From Mobula hypostoma (taxonomy: Eukaryota): a stretch of 64,000 nt of DNA. Location of the stretch: the NCBI RefSeq assembly GCF_963921235.1, contig NC_086097.1:120840001-120904000 (forward strand), read 5' to 3'. Position numbers and translations under genes: made by a program. Below the pieces are notes generated by a model that saw nothing but the letters and a program-made list of their open reading frames with translations, ran no database searches and was not told where the DNA came from. Positions 23,590 through 36,847 of the stretch are shown here, one piece after another (within the stretch, counting starts at the first letter, position 1; each line of letters opens with the position of its first letter).

Positions 23590-26512
23590 AGGAGGATGGG
23601 AACCAGAGTGCCAGAGCTGACAGTGTGCTGGGGTGAAAATAAATGATGTTAAAAGTTCAAGCAAATCCGCTGATAGAAAGGCTGTGAGTGGTGGTAAAAA
23701 TCTTCTGAGGTGTATATATTTCAATGCTAGGAATATTGCGGGGAAGGCGGTTGAGTTGAGGGCGTGGATTGACACGTGGAATTATGACGTTATAGCAATT
23801 AGTGAAACTTGACTACAGGAGGGGCAGAACTGGCAGCTTAATATTCCAGGGTTCCGATGTTTCAGATGTGATCGAGGCAGAGGAATGAAAGGTAGGGGAG
23901 TAGCATTGCTTGTTAGGGAAAATATTACAGCAGTGCTCAGGCAGGACAGATTAGAGGGCTTGTCTGCTGAGTCCTTATGGGTGGAGCTGAGAAACAGGAA
24001 AGGTATGGCCACATTAGTGGGATTGTATTACAGACCACCCAATAGTCAATGAGACTTGGAAGAGCAAATTTGCAGAGAGATAGCAGGCAACTGCAGGAAA
24101 CATAAAGTTGTGGTGGTAGGGGATTTTAATTTTCCATACATTGATTGGGACTCCCATACTGTTAGGGGTCTAGATGGTTTAGAGTTTGTAAAATGTGTTC
24201 AGGAAAGTTTTCTAAATCAATATATAAAGGGACCAACTAGAGGGGATGCAATATTGGATCTCCTGTTAGGAAACGAGTTAGGACAAGTGACGGAAGTCTG
24301 TGTTGGAGAGCACTTTGGTTCCAGTGATCATAACACCATTAGTTTCAATCTGATCATGGACAAGAATAGATCTGGTCCTAGGGTTGAGGTTCTGAACTGG
24401 AAGAAGGCCAAATTTGAAGAAATGAGAAAGGATCTAAAAAGAGTGGATTGGGACAGGTTGTTCTCTGGCAAAGATGTGATTGGTAGGTGGGAAGCCTTCA
24501 AAGGGGAAATTTTGAGAGTGCAGAGTTTGTATGTTCCTGTCAGGATTAAAGGCAAATTGAATAGGAATAAGGAACCTTGATTCTCAAGGGATATTGCAAC
24601 TCTGATAAAGAAGAAGAGTGAGTTGTATGAAATGTATAGGAAACAGGGAGTAATTCAGGTGCTTGAGGAGTATAAGAAGTGCAAGAAAATACTTAAGAAA
24701 GTAATCAGGAGGGCTAAAAGAATACATGAGGTTGCCTTGGCAGTCAAAGTGAAGGATAATCCAAAGAGCTTTTACAGGTATATTAAGAGCAAAAGGATAG
24801 TAAGGGATAACATTGGTCCTCTTGAAGATCAGAGTGGTCGGCTATGTGCGGAACCAAAGGAAATGGAGGAGATCTTAAATAGGTTTTTTGCGTCTGTATT
24901 TACTAAGGAAACTGGCATGAAGTCTATGGAATTGAGGGAATCAAGTAGTGAGATCATAGAAACTGTACAGATTGAAAAGGAGGAGGTGCTTGCTGTCTTG
25001 AGGAAAATTAAAGTGGATAAATCCCCGGGACCTGACAGAGTGTTCCCTCGGACCTTGAAGGAGACTATTGTTGAAATTGCGGGGGCCCTGGCAGAAATAT
25101 TTAAAATGTCACTGTCTACTGGTGAGGTGCCGGAGGATTGGAGAGTGGCTCATGTTGTTCCGTTGTTTCAAAAAGGATCGAAAAGTAATCCAGGAAATTA
25201 TAGGCCAGTGAGTTTAACGTCGGTAGTAGGTAAGTTATTGGAGGGAGTACTAGGAGACAGAATCTACAAGCATTTGGATAGACAGGGACTTATTAGGGAG
25301 AGTCAACATGGCTTTGTGTGTGGTAGGTCATGTTTGACCAATCTATTGGAGTTTTTCGAGGAGGTTACCTGGAAAGTGGATGAAGGGAAGGCAGTGGATA
25401 TTGTCTACATGGATTTCAGTAAGGCCTTTGACGAGGTCCCGCATGGGAGGTTAGTTAGGGAAATTCAGTCGCTAGGTATACATGGAGAGGTGGTAAGTTG
25501 GATTAGACATTGGCTCGATGGAAGAAGCCAAAGAGTGGTGGTAGAGAATTACTTCTCTGAGTGGAGGCCTGTGACTAGTGGTGTGCCACAGGGATCAGTG
25601 CTGGGTCCATTGTTATTTGTCATCTATATCAATGATCTGGATGATAATGTGGTAAATTGGATCAGCAAATTTGCTGATGATACAAAGATTGGAGGTGTAG
25701 TAGACAGTGAAGAAGGTTTTCAGAGCCTGCAGAGGGATTTGGACCAGCTGGAAAAATGGGCTGAAAAATGGCAGATGGAGTTTAATACAGACAAGTGTGA
25801 GGTATTGCACGTTGGAAGGACAAACCAAGGTAGAACATACAGGGTTAATGGTAAGGCACTGAGGAGTGCAGTAGAACAGAGGGATCTGGGAATACAGATA
25901 CAAAATTCCCTAAAAGTGGCGTCATAAGTAGATAGGGTCGTAAAGGGAGCTTTTGGTACATTGGCCTTTATTAATAAAAGTATTGAGTACAAGAGCTGGA
26001 ATGTTATGATGAGGTTGTATAAGGCATTGGTGAGGCCGAATCTGGAGTATTGTGTTCAGTTTTGGTCACCAAATTACAGGAAGGATATAAAGAAGGTTGA
26101 AAGAGTGCAGAGAAGGTTTACAAGGATGTTGCCGGGACTTGAGAAACTCAGTTACAGAGAAAGGTTGAATAGGTTAGGACTTTATTCCCTGGAGCGTAGA
26201 AGAATGAGGGGAAATTTGATGGAGGTATATAAAATTATGATGGGTATAGATAGAGTGAATGCAAGCAGGCTTTTTCCACTGAGGCAAGGGGAGAAAAAAA
26301 CCAGAGGACATGGGTTAAGGGTGAGGGGGGGAAAGTTTAAAGGGAACAGTAAGGAGGGCTTCTTCACACAGAGAGTGGTGGGAGTATGGAATGAGCTGCC
26401 AGATGAGGTGGTAAATACGGGTTCTTTTTTAACATTTAAGAATAAATTGGACCGATACATGGATGGGAGGTGTATGGAGGGATATGATCTGTGTGCAGGT
26501 CAATGGGACTAG
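23590..26512 (+). pseudogene. CR1 ORF2 (APE endonuclease plus RT) with several stops
   Basis: [56 protein letters not shown]. Stops at ~23810, 24050, 24578 and 25925. Confidence 0.92.
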
Positions 26513-26779
26513 GCAGAAAATGTTTCGGCACAGCCAAGAAGGGCCAAAAGGCCTGTTTCTGTGCTGTAGTTTCTATGGTTTTCTATGGTTTATAATTTTT
26601 GATAGCAGACTGGGAAAATATGTGATTGTTTTGTAATTGTTGCACGACAGATACATTTCCAATAATGCAAACGATATTTTTTTCAATCTTAAATGAAGAA
26701 GGGGCATTTATTTATTAATATCTTTCTGTGAAAGGAAACTTAACCTTCTTGTGGCTAAATAATATCATGTCTGATAATG

Positions 26780-27945
26780 ATGAGATGGCCTAAGAGGAGG
26801 TGGAAGAGCTTCAAGCCTGGGGTTAGTCAGGTAATCTCTTTCTCAATGTCAACAGGACAAAGGAGATGGTTATTGACCTCAGGAGAACTTGCACCATTCA
26901 CACCCCTCTTCACGTCAGTGACACAGCAGTGGAAACTGCGAGCGGTTTCAAACTGCTGAGAATGCACATCTTGCACAATCTCTGATAGTCCAGAACACAT
27001 CCTCCACAGACGGGAAAGCTCACCAACGCCTCTATCTTCTAAGAAGGCTGAAGAGATCTGGACTATACTCATCAGTACTCAAGATTTTCTAAAGAATGAG
27101 AGCCGAGAGTATCCTAACATGCTGCATCACTGTGTCTTATGGACATAACACCGTGGTGGTTGGGGGTAGGAGTACTCTATGACCATTAGTCAAAACTGGC
27201 CAACGCATCACTGACTCCAGCACACCTGCCATCAATGAAATATATACAGAAAGGTGCTATAAAGTGGCCAGCAATATCAGGAAGATTCCCACCCACCCTG
27301 CTCGCGGACTGTTTGTCCCAAACTTACCAGGAAGGAGCCTACACAGAATCCAAACCAGGACTACCAAGCTCAAAAACAATTACTTCCCCCTCAAATCATC
27401 AGGCTGATCAACACCACCATCCACTAACCCATGTCACCACCACTACATCAGAATGAGAATCAGAATTAGGTTTAATATCTCTGGCATATGTCATGAAATT
27501 TGTTGTTTTTGCACCAACAGTACACATATAAATATTTATATATTTACTTATTTATAAATAAAATAGTTAAAGTAATTAATTAAACAAGTGGTGCAAAAAA
27601 TATAGTGAGGTAGTGTTCATGGGCCCAAAATCCGTTCAGAAATCCGATGGCAGATGGGAACGTGGGAAGAAGCTGTTCCTGAATGGATTCTGTACATAAG
27701 ATGACCTGCCAAGGGCCACCTTATGCCAAATACTCCTGCATCTACCCTCACTCTGTGTACATGCAATCAGTCTATGTATATAAGATAATTTTATGAATTT
27801 ACTTTTATTATGTTCTTTGCAGTGTTGTTTAAACTTATTGTGTTTTTTATGCTGCATTGCATCCAGAATAATAATCATTTTGTTCTTCTTTACACTTGTG
27901 TACTGATGAATGGCATTAACAATCTTGGAATCTTGAACCTTGAGA
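26780..27945. mobile_element. Cluster of degraded Rex1-type LINE pieces in both orientations
   Basis: ctcaatgtcaacaggacaaaggagatggttattgac (LNV.KTKEMVID-like) on +. (AGAATC)n tail at ~27448 on -. (TCTTGAA)n tail at ~27923-27943. Confidence 0.6.
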
Positions 27946-28709
27946 TGGAACTTTGTAATGGCGCTTTATTCTTTTGTCGTGCTGTTGCCTACTTTCAGAA
28001 GACAATGCCTTGTCTAAACAATATTACCTGTCATCTTGACATATTGGACCCTGAGATTTGAGTTTTACTCTGTCAGAACCGCTGTTTTTTACTGCTTTTG
28101 CAACTCTTGTTTTCAGAATCATGTATTATTAATGGTTGTGGAAAACTGAAATGAAGATCTCTTTGTCTCAGCTACAACTGATGGCCAATGATAAACTGGG
28201 ATTTTTCTTTTAAAGTCTTTTAATTTTTTTTTGCTGCCTCCTTGTTTGCTAAAGCAGACTTTGCTTAGATTCTGATGCAAGAAGCAAAATTAATATAACC
28301 ACAATCTTACTTAGTAAAGGCCGTCATTTTACAATTTATTCAATTATGTATTATTATGAATTATTCAAAGCAGAAATATACACCTTTGTTGCAGCTAAAG
28401 TAGATATTTCATCTTCATGGGCATTTGGAATATGTGAAAACCTATACATATGAATACACATCCACCTGTGGATGAAATATGCATGAAAGATAATTATAAA
28501 TTATTTGTAAGGGGTATGAAAGAGACATGGCTTTTATATGTCACACTAACTTTTCTTTAATGTTATGATGTATTTCAATGCATTTAAAAATGCTGCAGGA
28601 ACTCAGCAGGTCAGGCAGCATCTATGGAAAAAACAGAGGATGTTTTGGGCTGACATCCTCCATCAAGACTCAGTCCAAAACATTGACTGTTAGGTAGGAA
28701 ATTACTGAT

Positions 28710-29635
28710 GGGGCATATCCATCTGCATGACAATAGTAGAAATCATTGGTTGCATCACCATCTTGTATGGGTGCGTTACTGCACAGGAATGAAATAAACT
28801 GCAGAGAGTTGCAAAATTAGTCAGCTCCATCATGGACACTTGCCTCCATAGTATCCAGGAATTTTCAAGGAGCAGTGCCTCAAAAAGGCGGCCTCCATCA
28901 TTAAGGACCCCCATCACCCAGGTCATGTCTTGTTCTCATTGTTACCGTCAGGACGGAGGTGCAGAAGCCTAAAAGTACACACTCAACAATTCCAGAACAG
29001 TCTCTTTCCCTCTGCCATCCAATTTCTGAATAAACATTGAACCCTGGAACACTACTTCACCACTTTTTAATTTCTATTTTTGACACTACTTTTTTTTTAG
29101 GTTAGATTATGAGGACACGCAGTCTTCTTTTATTGTCATTTAATAATGCATGCATTAAGAAATGATACAATGTTCCTCCAGAATGATATCACAGAAATAC
29201 ATAACAAACCAACTGAAAAACTGACAAAAACCACATAATTATAACATATAGTTACAACAGTGCAAAGCAATACCATAATTTGATAAAGAACAGACCATGG
29301 GCACGGTAAAAAGTTTCAAAGTCTCTCGAAAGTCCCATCATCTCATGCAGACGGTGAACCTCCAGCACCACAAACTTGCTGATGCAGCATCCTGGAAGCA
29401 TCTGACCACAGTCCGACTCCCAGTCTGTCCGAAAACTCCGAGCCTCCGACCAGCTCTCCAACACCGAGCACCGAGCACCATCTCTGCCGAGCGCTTTAAT
29501 ATATATACACTTACTGTAATTCACAGTTTTCTTTCTCTCTGTTATCATGTATTGTGTTGTACTTCTGCTGCTAAGTTAACAGATTTCACAACATATGACG
29601 GTGATATTAAACCTGATTCTGACTCTGATTCTGGC
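28710..29635 (+). mobile_element. Rex1-type 3' fragment with a non-autonomous element inserted at 29095-29495
   Basis: Degenerate KLQRVAKLVSSIMDT coding and a (GATTCT)n tail at ~29612-29632. Confidence 0.7.
29095..29495 (-). mobile_element. 5'-truncated copy of a non-coding retroposon with a (TCTAA)n tail
   Basis: Reverse complement matches 36170-36598. Confidence 0.8.
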
Positions 29636-29984
29636 TTGGGAGTTCAGTCAGTTGTGCCTTGGTGAGCTCCCACAGTACAGATCCAACTGCAGTGTTCCAG
29701 AATTAAATTTTTTTGATGATTATCATTTTACTGTTCTATTTACTTGTGACCATGGTTAAACAGTTTCTCAGCAATGGCTGCCAGAAACAATTTGGCTAAA
29801 TTTGACTTTGGAGTATGCTGTAAAATTGATGGAAATGAGTATCCGGAAAGAAGAATAATGAGTAGCTGAACCATAATTATTTGTTTTATAAAACAACACA
29901 AAATCAATGTAATTGTCATTGATCATAATTTTTAAGTCCAGAAGATAAGGTCAGAATCACAACCATTAAATGTGCTCCTTCTTT

Positions 29985-30120
29985 TAGCCCTGCTGAAGGG
30001 TTCCAGCCCAAAATGTCGAAATCCTTCAGCAGGATTCTTTTCCATAGATGCTGCCTGGCCTGCAGAGTTCCTCTAGCATTTTTTGTGTGTTGCTTCGATT
30101 TCCAGCATCTGCAGATTTTA
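29985..30120 (+). mobile_element. PLE pLTR 3' end with a degenerate hammerhead
   Basis: cctgctgaagggttccagcccaaaatgtcga...tccatagatgctgcctggcctgc...ccagcatctgcaga. Confidence 0.7.
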
Positions 30121-30129
30121 TCTTGTTTT

Positions 30130-31620
30130 TGACTTCCTCTAGCCCTCCTGATTTCCTTCTTAAATGTTCTCTTGCATTCCTTATGGCCCTCAAGTACCTC
30201 AGTTGTTCCTCGCTGCCTATACCTGCCAGGTACCTCATTCTTCTTCATAACCACAGCCTCAATATCTTTCAAAAAAAAACAAGGTTCCCTAAACCTGTTA
30301 GCCTTTCCTTTTATTCTATCAGGAACATACAAACTCGCTTTTGAAGGCCATCCACTTACTAAACATCCCTTGGCCAGAAAACAACCTGTCCCAATCCACA
30401 CCTGCCAGATCCTTTCTGATGCCATCAAAATTACCTTTTCTCCAATTTAGAATCTCAACCCAAGGACTAGTCTTATTCTTCTGCACAATTACCTTGAAAC
30501 TATTGGAATTATGATCAGTAGATCTAAAGTGCATTCCTTCACACACACACTTCTGTCACCTACCCTGTCTCATTCCTGATAGGGTATCCAGCATCACACT
30601 CTCTCTTGGGACCTCTATATATTGATTAGGGAAATATTCCTGAACCGATTTGACAAACTCTATCCCATCCAGTCTTTTTTTTTACATTATGGAAGCCCCA
30701 CTCAATGTCTAGAAAGTTGAAATCACTGACTAATGCAACCTTGTTTTTCTGGCAACTTTCGGTTAGTATTCTACATACTTGCTCTCCTAAACCTCACTGA
30801 CTATTGGGAGGCCTAACAGTATGGCACTGAGGAGTTTTGTTAACAACAGAATCTGTAAATACAGATCCATAATTCCTTGAACCCTCCTCCCTCCCAAGTC
30901 AGGAGGAGAAAACATTCCCACTAGGATATTGGTGTCCTTCCAGTTCAGGTGTAGAGGTGCCAGATTCCCTGGAAGAGACTTCAATGATCCAAAAATCTGA
31001 AGCCCTCCCTCCTTCACCATTTCCTTAGCCATTTGTTAGACTGTATTACCTTCCTATTTCTAGCCTTACTAGTACATGGCATGGGTACCAATCCTGAGAT
31101 CAACATCCTAGAGGCCCTATCCAAACTACCTGAACTCACTTTGCAGAACCTCATCACCTGCCTATGTCATCAGTACCAACATGGATCATAATACCTGGCT
31201 CTCACTCTCCCCCTTAAGAATGCTTTGGACTTTATCCGAGCTGTCCCTGACCCTGATAGCTGGGAGGTAACATACTAGATGGGAATATTATTCTTGTCCA
31301 CAGAGCCTCTTGTCTGTTCCCCAACCAATAAATCCTCTATCACTATAGCTCGCTTCTTCTTCTCCCCACTTCCCTTCTGAGTCACAGAGCCAGATTAATT
31401 GTCAGATACCTGACTACCGCAGCTTTCCTCTGCTATCTCATCTCCCTGCTCCCCCCACCAACAGCATCCAAAGTGGCATTCCTGTTGTTGAGGGGAACAG
31501 CCACAAGTATACCCTGAACGGGCTGCCTAGCCCCTTTCCATCTCCTGACAGTCACCCAGTTAATTCTGCCCTGCACCATAGTTCAACTGTCTCCCTGCTT
31601 CACTTATCTATCAACCCGTC
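30130..31620 (-). mobile_element. Old, deleted CR1 (ORF1 and APE remnants)
   Basis: Minus-strand remnants VEILNWRKGNFDGIRKDLAGVDW, LHLNWKDTNIL, and an ORF1-like segment near 31330-31560. Confidence 0.75.
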
Positions 31621-32084
31621 AGCTTGTAGGAGTAGTCGTCAGGAGCACTCCACTGTGCTGACTGTGAAGGGAGGGAGCAAGGGAAAAAAGGAAAGAATTG
31701 CCTCTGTAATGGGTCTCACTTCTACCGTTGTGTATTCTTGCCTATGTAACAACTATATATAACTTTATGTATATGTGGGTGGCACAGTGGTGTTGCAGTT
31801 ATTATAATCACTTTACAGCGCCGGTGATCACTGATCAGGGTTTGATTCCCAACACTGCCTGTGAGGAGTTTGAACACCTTCCCAGTAGCTGCATGAGTTT
31901 CCTCCAGGTGCTCCGGTTTCCTCCCACCTTCCAAAGGTGTACAGGTCATGTAAGTTGTGAGCACGCTATGTTGGCGCCAGAAGCATTGTGACACCTGCAA
32001 GTTGCCCCCACCCCAGCACAATCCTCGGACTGTGTGGGTTGTTGACGCAAACCAATGTTTAATATTTCAATGTGCATCTGAATC

Positions 32085-32750
32085 TGAATCGGAATCAGTT
32101 TAATATCACCAGGATATGTAGTGAGACTTGTTAACTTTACAACACCAAGACAAAGAAATACAAACGTACATGATAAATAAATATCAAGAAAAAAGAAACT
32201 GAATTACAGTGAGTATAGGTGTCTAGTTAACTTCAAATAAATAGTAAAAACAGTGAGGTAGTGTTCATGGACTCAATGTCCATTCAGAAATCAGATGGCA
32301 GAGAGGAAGGAGCTGAGCGTCTGCCTTCAGGATCCTTTAATTCCTTCTCAATGGGAAGAGGACATGTCCTGGGTGGTGATGGTACTTAATGATGGGCGCT
32401 GCTTTTCTAAGGCACCACTCCTTGAAACTACAAACATGAGGAATTCTGCAGATGCTGGAAATTCAAGCAGCACACATCAAAGTTGCTGGTGAACGCAGCA
32501 GGCCAAGCAGCATCTCTAGGAAGAGGTACAGTCGACGTTTCAGGCCGAGACTCTTCGTCAGGACTGTACCTCTTCCTAGAGATGCTGCCTGGCCTGCTGC
32601 GTTCACCAGCAACTTTGATGTGTACTCCTTGAAGATGTCTTGGATACTACGGAGGCTGATACCCATGATGGAGCTGACTAATTTTACAAGTTTCTGCAAC
32701 TTACTTTGTTCTTGTGTAGTAGCCACCACCGCCCCCCCATACCAGACAAA
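32085..32750 (-). mobile_element. Rex1-type 3' fragment hosting a fold-back PLE mini-element
   Basis: KLQKLVKLVSSIMGISLRSIQDIFKE on the minus strand and an (GAATCT)-type tail near 32076-32097. Confidence 0.7.
32427..32623 (-). mobile_element. ~200-bp fold-back PLE-derived mini-element with a hammerhead core as its loop
   Basis: Arms 32472-32533 and 32562-32623 are near-perfect reverse complements. The loop on - reads CUGACGA..GAAACGUC. 10-bp TSD actccttgaa at 32417-32426 and 32624-32633. Confidence 0.88.
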
Positions 32751-33289
32751 TAAAGTTAATCTTTAATCTTCACCTGAAGTTAAGTTCCATGCTGTCCATA
32801 TATAACACATGGTCTGCAATGTTTTACACCTGAAAGCAGGAACCAAGAGAAGACATGTATAGAGTAGAATTTTAGTGATTTCTCATTGCAGGCAGATTAA
32901 TGATCGTGCTTGCTTCGCTCAATAAAGAACAATGGCTGGCTCAATACCTCTGTCAACCTCCGAATGACTGATGTTAGAAATGTTCCTTACAGCAGTCTAA
33001 AGGGTCAAACATTGCACAGTGCTGCAGGCTTTCCTTCTGTTAAAGACAATCAGCTGGTCAACAAGCAGAAAATATCACAATTGCATCAGTGTCTCCATGC
33101 TGAGCTTTAACTTAGAAAGAAAATTCCTTTAGTCAGTTACAGGAGCTCTAGGTAATTTCTCAATAAAAAGGAGAGGATAGGAGACTGTGAGGGAGATTGT
33201 ATCAGGTGTACACAGAACCATCCAGTCCTGCTTCACATATATCTTATCTACAATTTCCTCAAATAATTCAGCAACCAGATATGAAGGGT

Positions 33290-33650
33290 CCTCACTTGTC
33301 CATCAATTCCCTTTGGAGCTCTTCTTCCTTCCCTTTCTCCCATGACTGACTCTCCTCTCCTATCAAATTCATTCCTCTTCAACTCTTCACCTCCTCCACC
33401 TATCACCTCCCAGTTTCTTACTTCATCCTCCCCCCTCCTCCACCCACCCACCTTCCCCCTCACCAGTCACGTGTCAGCTGGTACTCCTTCCCCTTGCCCC
33501 AGCTCCTTACTTTAGCTTCATCCCCCATCAATCCCCTTTTCTTTCCTGTCCTGATGAAAGGTCTCGGCCTTAAGCGTCGACTGTTTATTCCTCTCCACTG
33601 ATGCTGGCTGATCTGCTGAATCCCCTCCAGCATTTTGCGCGCATTACACA
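33290..33650 (+). mobile_element. PLE pLTR fragment (pyrimidine-rich tract plus degenerate hammerhead)
   Basis: gtcctgatgaaaggtctcggccttaagcgtcgactg at ~33548-33583, then gatgctggctgatctgctgaa. Confidence 0.7.
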
Positions 33651-35475
33651 GCAACAAGGGGCCACCGAAAAATGTTCATTTACGTGATTTGAGCTTTGTA
33701 ATCTGTGTAGGAATAATTAACGTGATGAAATAAAAATAATTGACTGGTCTTCAAAATTTGTATGAGCACAGCTGCAGCAATGAGCAAATCAAATGAGATT
33801 CAAAACAGAGTTCCGGTAAAACACAACAAGTGGGGCTATAATTGTGTAAAGAGAAACAGCCAACATTTTGGGTCTGTGACAAACTGGATTGATGCATTAA
33901 CAGCTTGAGTGAAACCACATCACACTGATCACACATTATTCCTCTGCCTGATAGATCAAACCATACAGAACCATATTCAAGTAAGGCATAGAGTACATGT
34001 AGATGGAAATTGTTTATTTTACGTGTTATCCAAGCGCAAACACAATACTAGGAGTCTATAGAACCCACATCTCACATTGAGTTCCAAGCCCATCTGCTCT
34101 TTCAAAAATCATCTGCCCATTCATCTAGTGCTTGTAGAGAAATAACATTAGAAGAACAATGATCGCAAGCAACTGGATGTTGGCCGTAGTCAGACAAGCC
34201 TGCCAGATCTAAGGCTGAGTGTTTGTGCTTTATCTCAATCTAAAGGAAAGCTGTAAACTGAAGGAAGCATCAGAGGGTGACTAAGATGAATCTTTGATCA
34301 GATGCACTGAAAGTAAAATGATGTAACCTAATGTCCAGTCTATGATGTCGTGAATCACACTGACTGTGTTCATGCCCTTCTTCCAAGCTGTGAGATAGTA
34401 AAATCTGCCCATAGTAATTACCTAAATATAATCCACTTCACAGTTCTTTGTATCAGGACACCAACTGGCATTTTATTTCTATTTGATATGGCAACTGTCC
34501 GTCATGTTCTTCGATGACAGCAGCAGGAGGGTCTTTAAAATAGAAAAATCTTTGCACTGGGGCACTTCCACTCTCTTGAGCTCAGAAGTCCGAGTCCAGT
34601 GATGCGAGCAAGTGTCACAAACTGGGGACTTCCTTGGTTGCAGTGAGTGACCACGAAGTCTTCTGTGCCTTGTCATGCCCTTCGCTCTCCAGAGAGCGTT
34701 GCAGAACGGCTTTCAGAATCTCTTATTATCACCGGCATGTGACGTACAATTTGTTAACTTAGCAACAGCAGTTCAATGCAATACATAATCTAGCAAAGAA
34801 AAAATAATAATAAATAAAATTAAAATAATAGTAATAATAAATAACCAAATCAATTACGTATATTGAATAGATTTTAAAAACGTGCGAAAACAGAAATACT
34901 GTATATTAAAAAAGAAGTGAGGTAGTGTCCAAAGATTTAGGAATCGGATATCAGAGGGGAAGAAGCTGTTCCTGAATCGCTGAGTGTGTGCCTTCAGGCT
35001 TCTGTACCTCCTACCTGATGGTAACAGGGAGAAAAGGGAATGCCTTCTACTATCCACAACAGCATCAATCTTAGTGTCATCTGCAAGCTTAGAAACACAG
35101 CTTTCTACTTCCTCACCCAAATCATTTGTAAAAATCACCCTTTCCCTTCCTCACTGGGACAAACCCATCCAGAATACCATGCAAGTGCTCCCTAAACAAC
35201 ATCCACATTTCAATTGTGTGTTTCACTGACCACGTCCATTTCCAATTTATACTATCAACTTCCTGTCCAATAGCATCATAATTCTCCCACCACTGCTTAA
35301 ATACTTGTTTCTAGCTTTGCATAATGCACTGTCTTTTGCATGTTAGTTGTCTTCCGTCCTGTGGGGTGCAATCATTCACTGATTCAACAATATTTCTTGG
35401 ATTTACTGAGTATGCCTGCAAGAAAACCAATATCAGGGTTGTGTATGGTGATATATATATATATATATATATATG

Positions 35476-35746
35476 TGTAGCGATGTGCTACACACAGCGC
35501 TAGAATAACCACACGGAGTCGGTGAGTTGGAGTTGCGATAAAGAGATTTATTCAAACTTCATGGCCTGCTTTAAAGCCTTCCTATTCCCGCCCTCCCTGG
35601 GCAGGACTGCTGTGGGGAATGCATATTCCCAGAACCTTTCTGCGTGCGGGATTTTCCCCCTGCTGGTGAAGATTGCCTGGCGCCCTTTTCGAGTCTGGCC
35701 TCTCTGTTGGTGTGCGCCGGTTCGTGTGTGCTAGAAAGTGGGTCGC

Positions 35747-35750
<4 letters not shown>
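35476..35750 (-). mobile_element. Solo LTR (~275 bp) within a (TA)n microsatellite
   Basis: Termini TGTAGCGA...TCGCCACA form an imperfect inverted repeat. AATAAA on the minus strand near 35547. (TA)n on both sides. Confidence 0.75.
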
Positions 35751-35792
<42 letters not shown>

Positions 35793-35909
35793 TATAAACA
35801 TACTTTGATCATAAGTTTACTTTGAACTTTGAACTTTGACATCAAACTGGCAAGCAGCAATCCAACTTTCAGATCAAAACTTAATTTTGTCATTTAGATA
35901 AGAGTCCTC

Positions 35910-36598
35910 GGGAGGAGAAGATGGCAACGTGACGCAGCTCGCAGCAGCCACTCCGGTGGTGATGTCTGTTAATTGTCAATTAGGGTGCCGTGCACAATCC
36001 TGATTTGATGGAGACGGACGTGAGAGCATGGAGGAACATCTGGAGAAACTTTTGAAATGCCTGCTTCGCTGCTGCTGCTGCTACTGTGTGGTCCAGAATC
36101 TCCAGAGGAGAAGGCCCCGAGTCCTCAGCTTTGCTCGTTGCTCGGCGGCCGGGGGGGGGGGGTGGCCCAAGCGCTCGGCAGAAGATGGTGCTCGGAGGGG
36201 CTGTATCGGAGGGCTGGTCAGAGGCTCGAAGTTTTCGGACGTGCTCAGAGTCAGCTGCAGTCAGGTGTTTCCAATGCATCGGCAAGTCGTCAGTGCTTGG
36301 AGGTTCTTGGCAGGGAGAGTTTCTCCCTTCTGCCGCCTGCTATCGGGACTATCGGGAGCCAATTGGGACTTTGAGATTTTTTTTTACTGTGCCCATGGTC
36401 TGCTCTTTACCAAATTATGGTATTGCTTTGCACTGTTGTAACTATATGTTATAATTATGTGGTTTTGTCAGTTTTAGTCTTGGTTTGTCCTTTTTTTTTG
36501 TGATATCATTCTGGAGGAACATTGTATCACTTTTTAATGCATTCATTTCTAAATGACAATAAACGAGGACTGAGTGTCCTCATAATCTAATCTAATCT
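35910..36598 (+). mobile_element. Non-coding, non-autonomous retroposon with an aagatggc 5' end, 3' stem-loop and (TCTAA)n tail
   Basis: Homologous to 51021-51632 (-) and 29095-29495 (-). Ends aataaac-gaggac-tgagt-gtcctc-ataatctaatctaatc. Confidence 0.8.
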
Positions 36599-36847
36599 TA
36601 ATGGCATATTTATGCATCATTTGAGATCTACAATTTCAGCAGTTTCTTGCCTTCTTAATTGAAATGATGTTATGTTAGTTGTGACTTAGTTAACAGCTTC
36701 CCAGTTTTGAACTGAAGAAGCAAGGGTTCAAATCACACTCTAGACACCTACATGTAAATATCTAAGCCAAGAATTAAGAAGTGGGTGCCCTAAGGTGCTA
36801 TCAGCTTGTTGAGCTGTTAAGCTGAACTATTGTCAGCACTCTATTGG

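Larger units (their letters stand above)
22380..26591 (+). mobile_element. Near full-length CR1 LINE (5' UTR, ORF1, ORF2, tail)
   Basis: ORF1 and ORF2 motifs in the expected order. Ends in tttctatggttttctatggtt. Confidence 0.95.
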
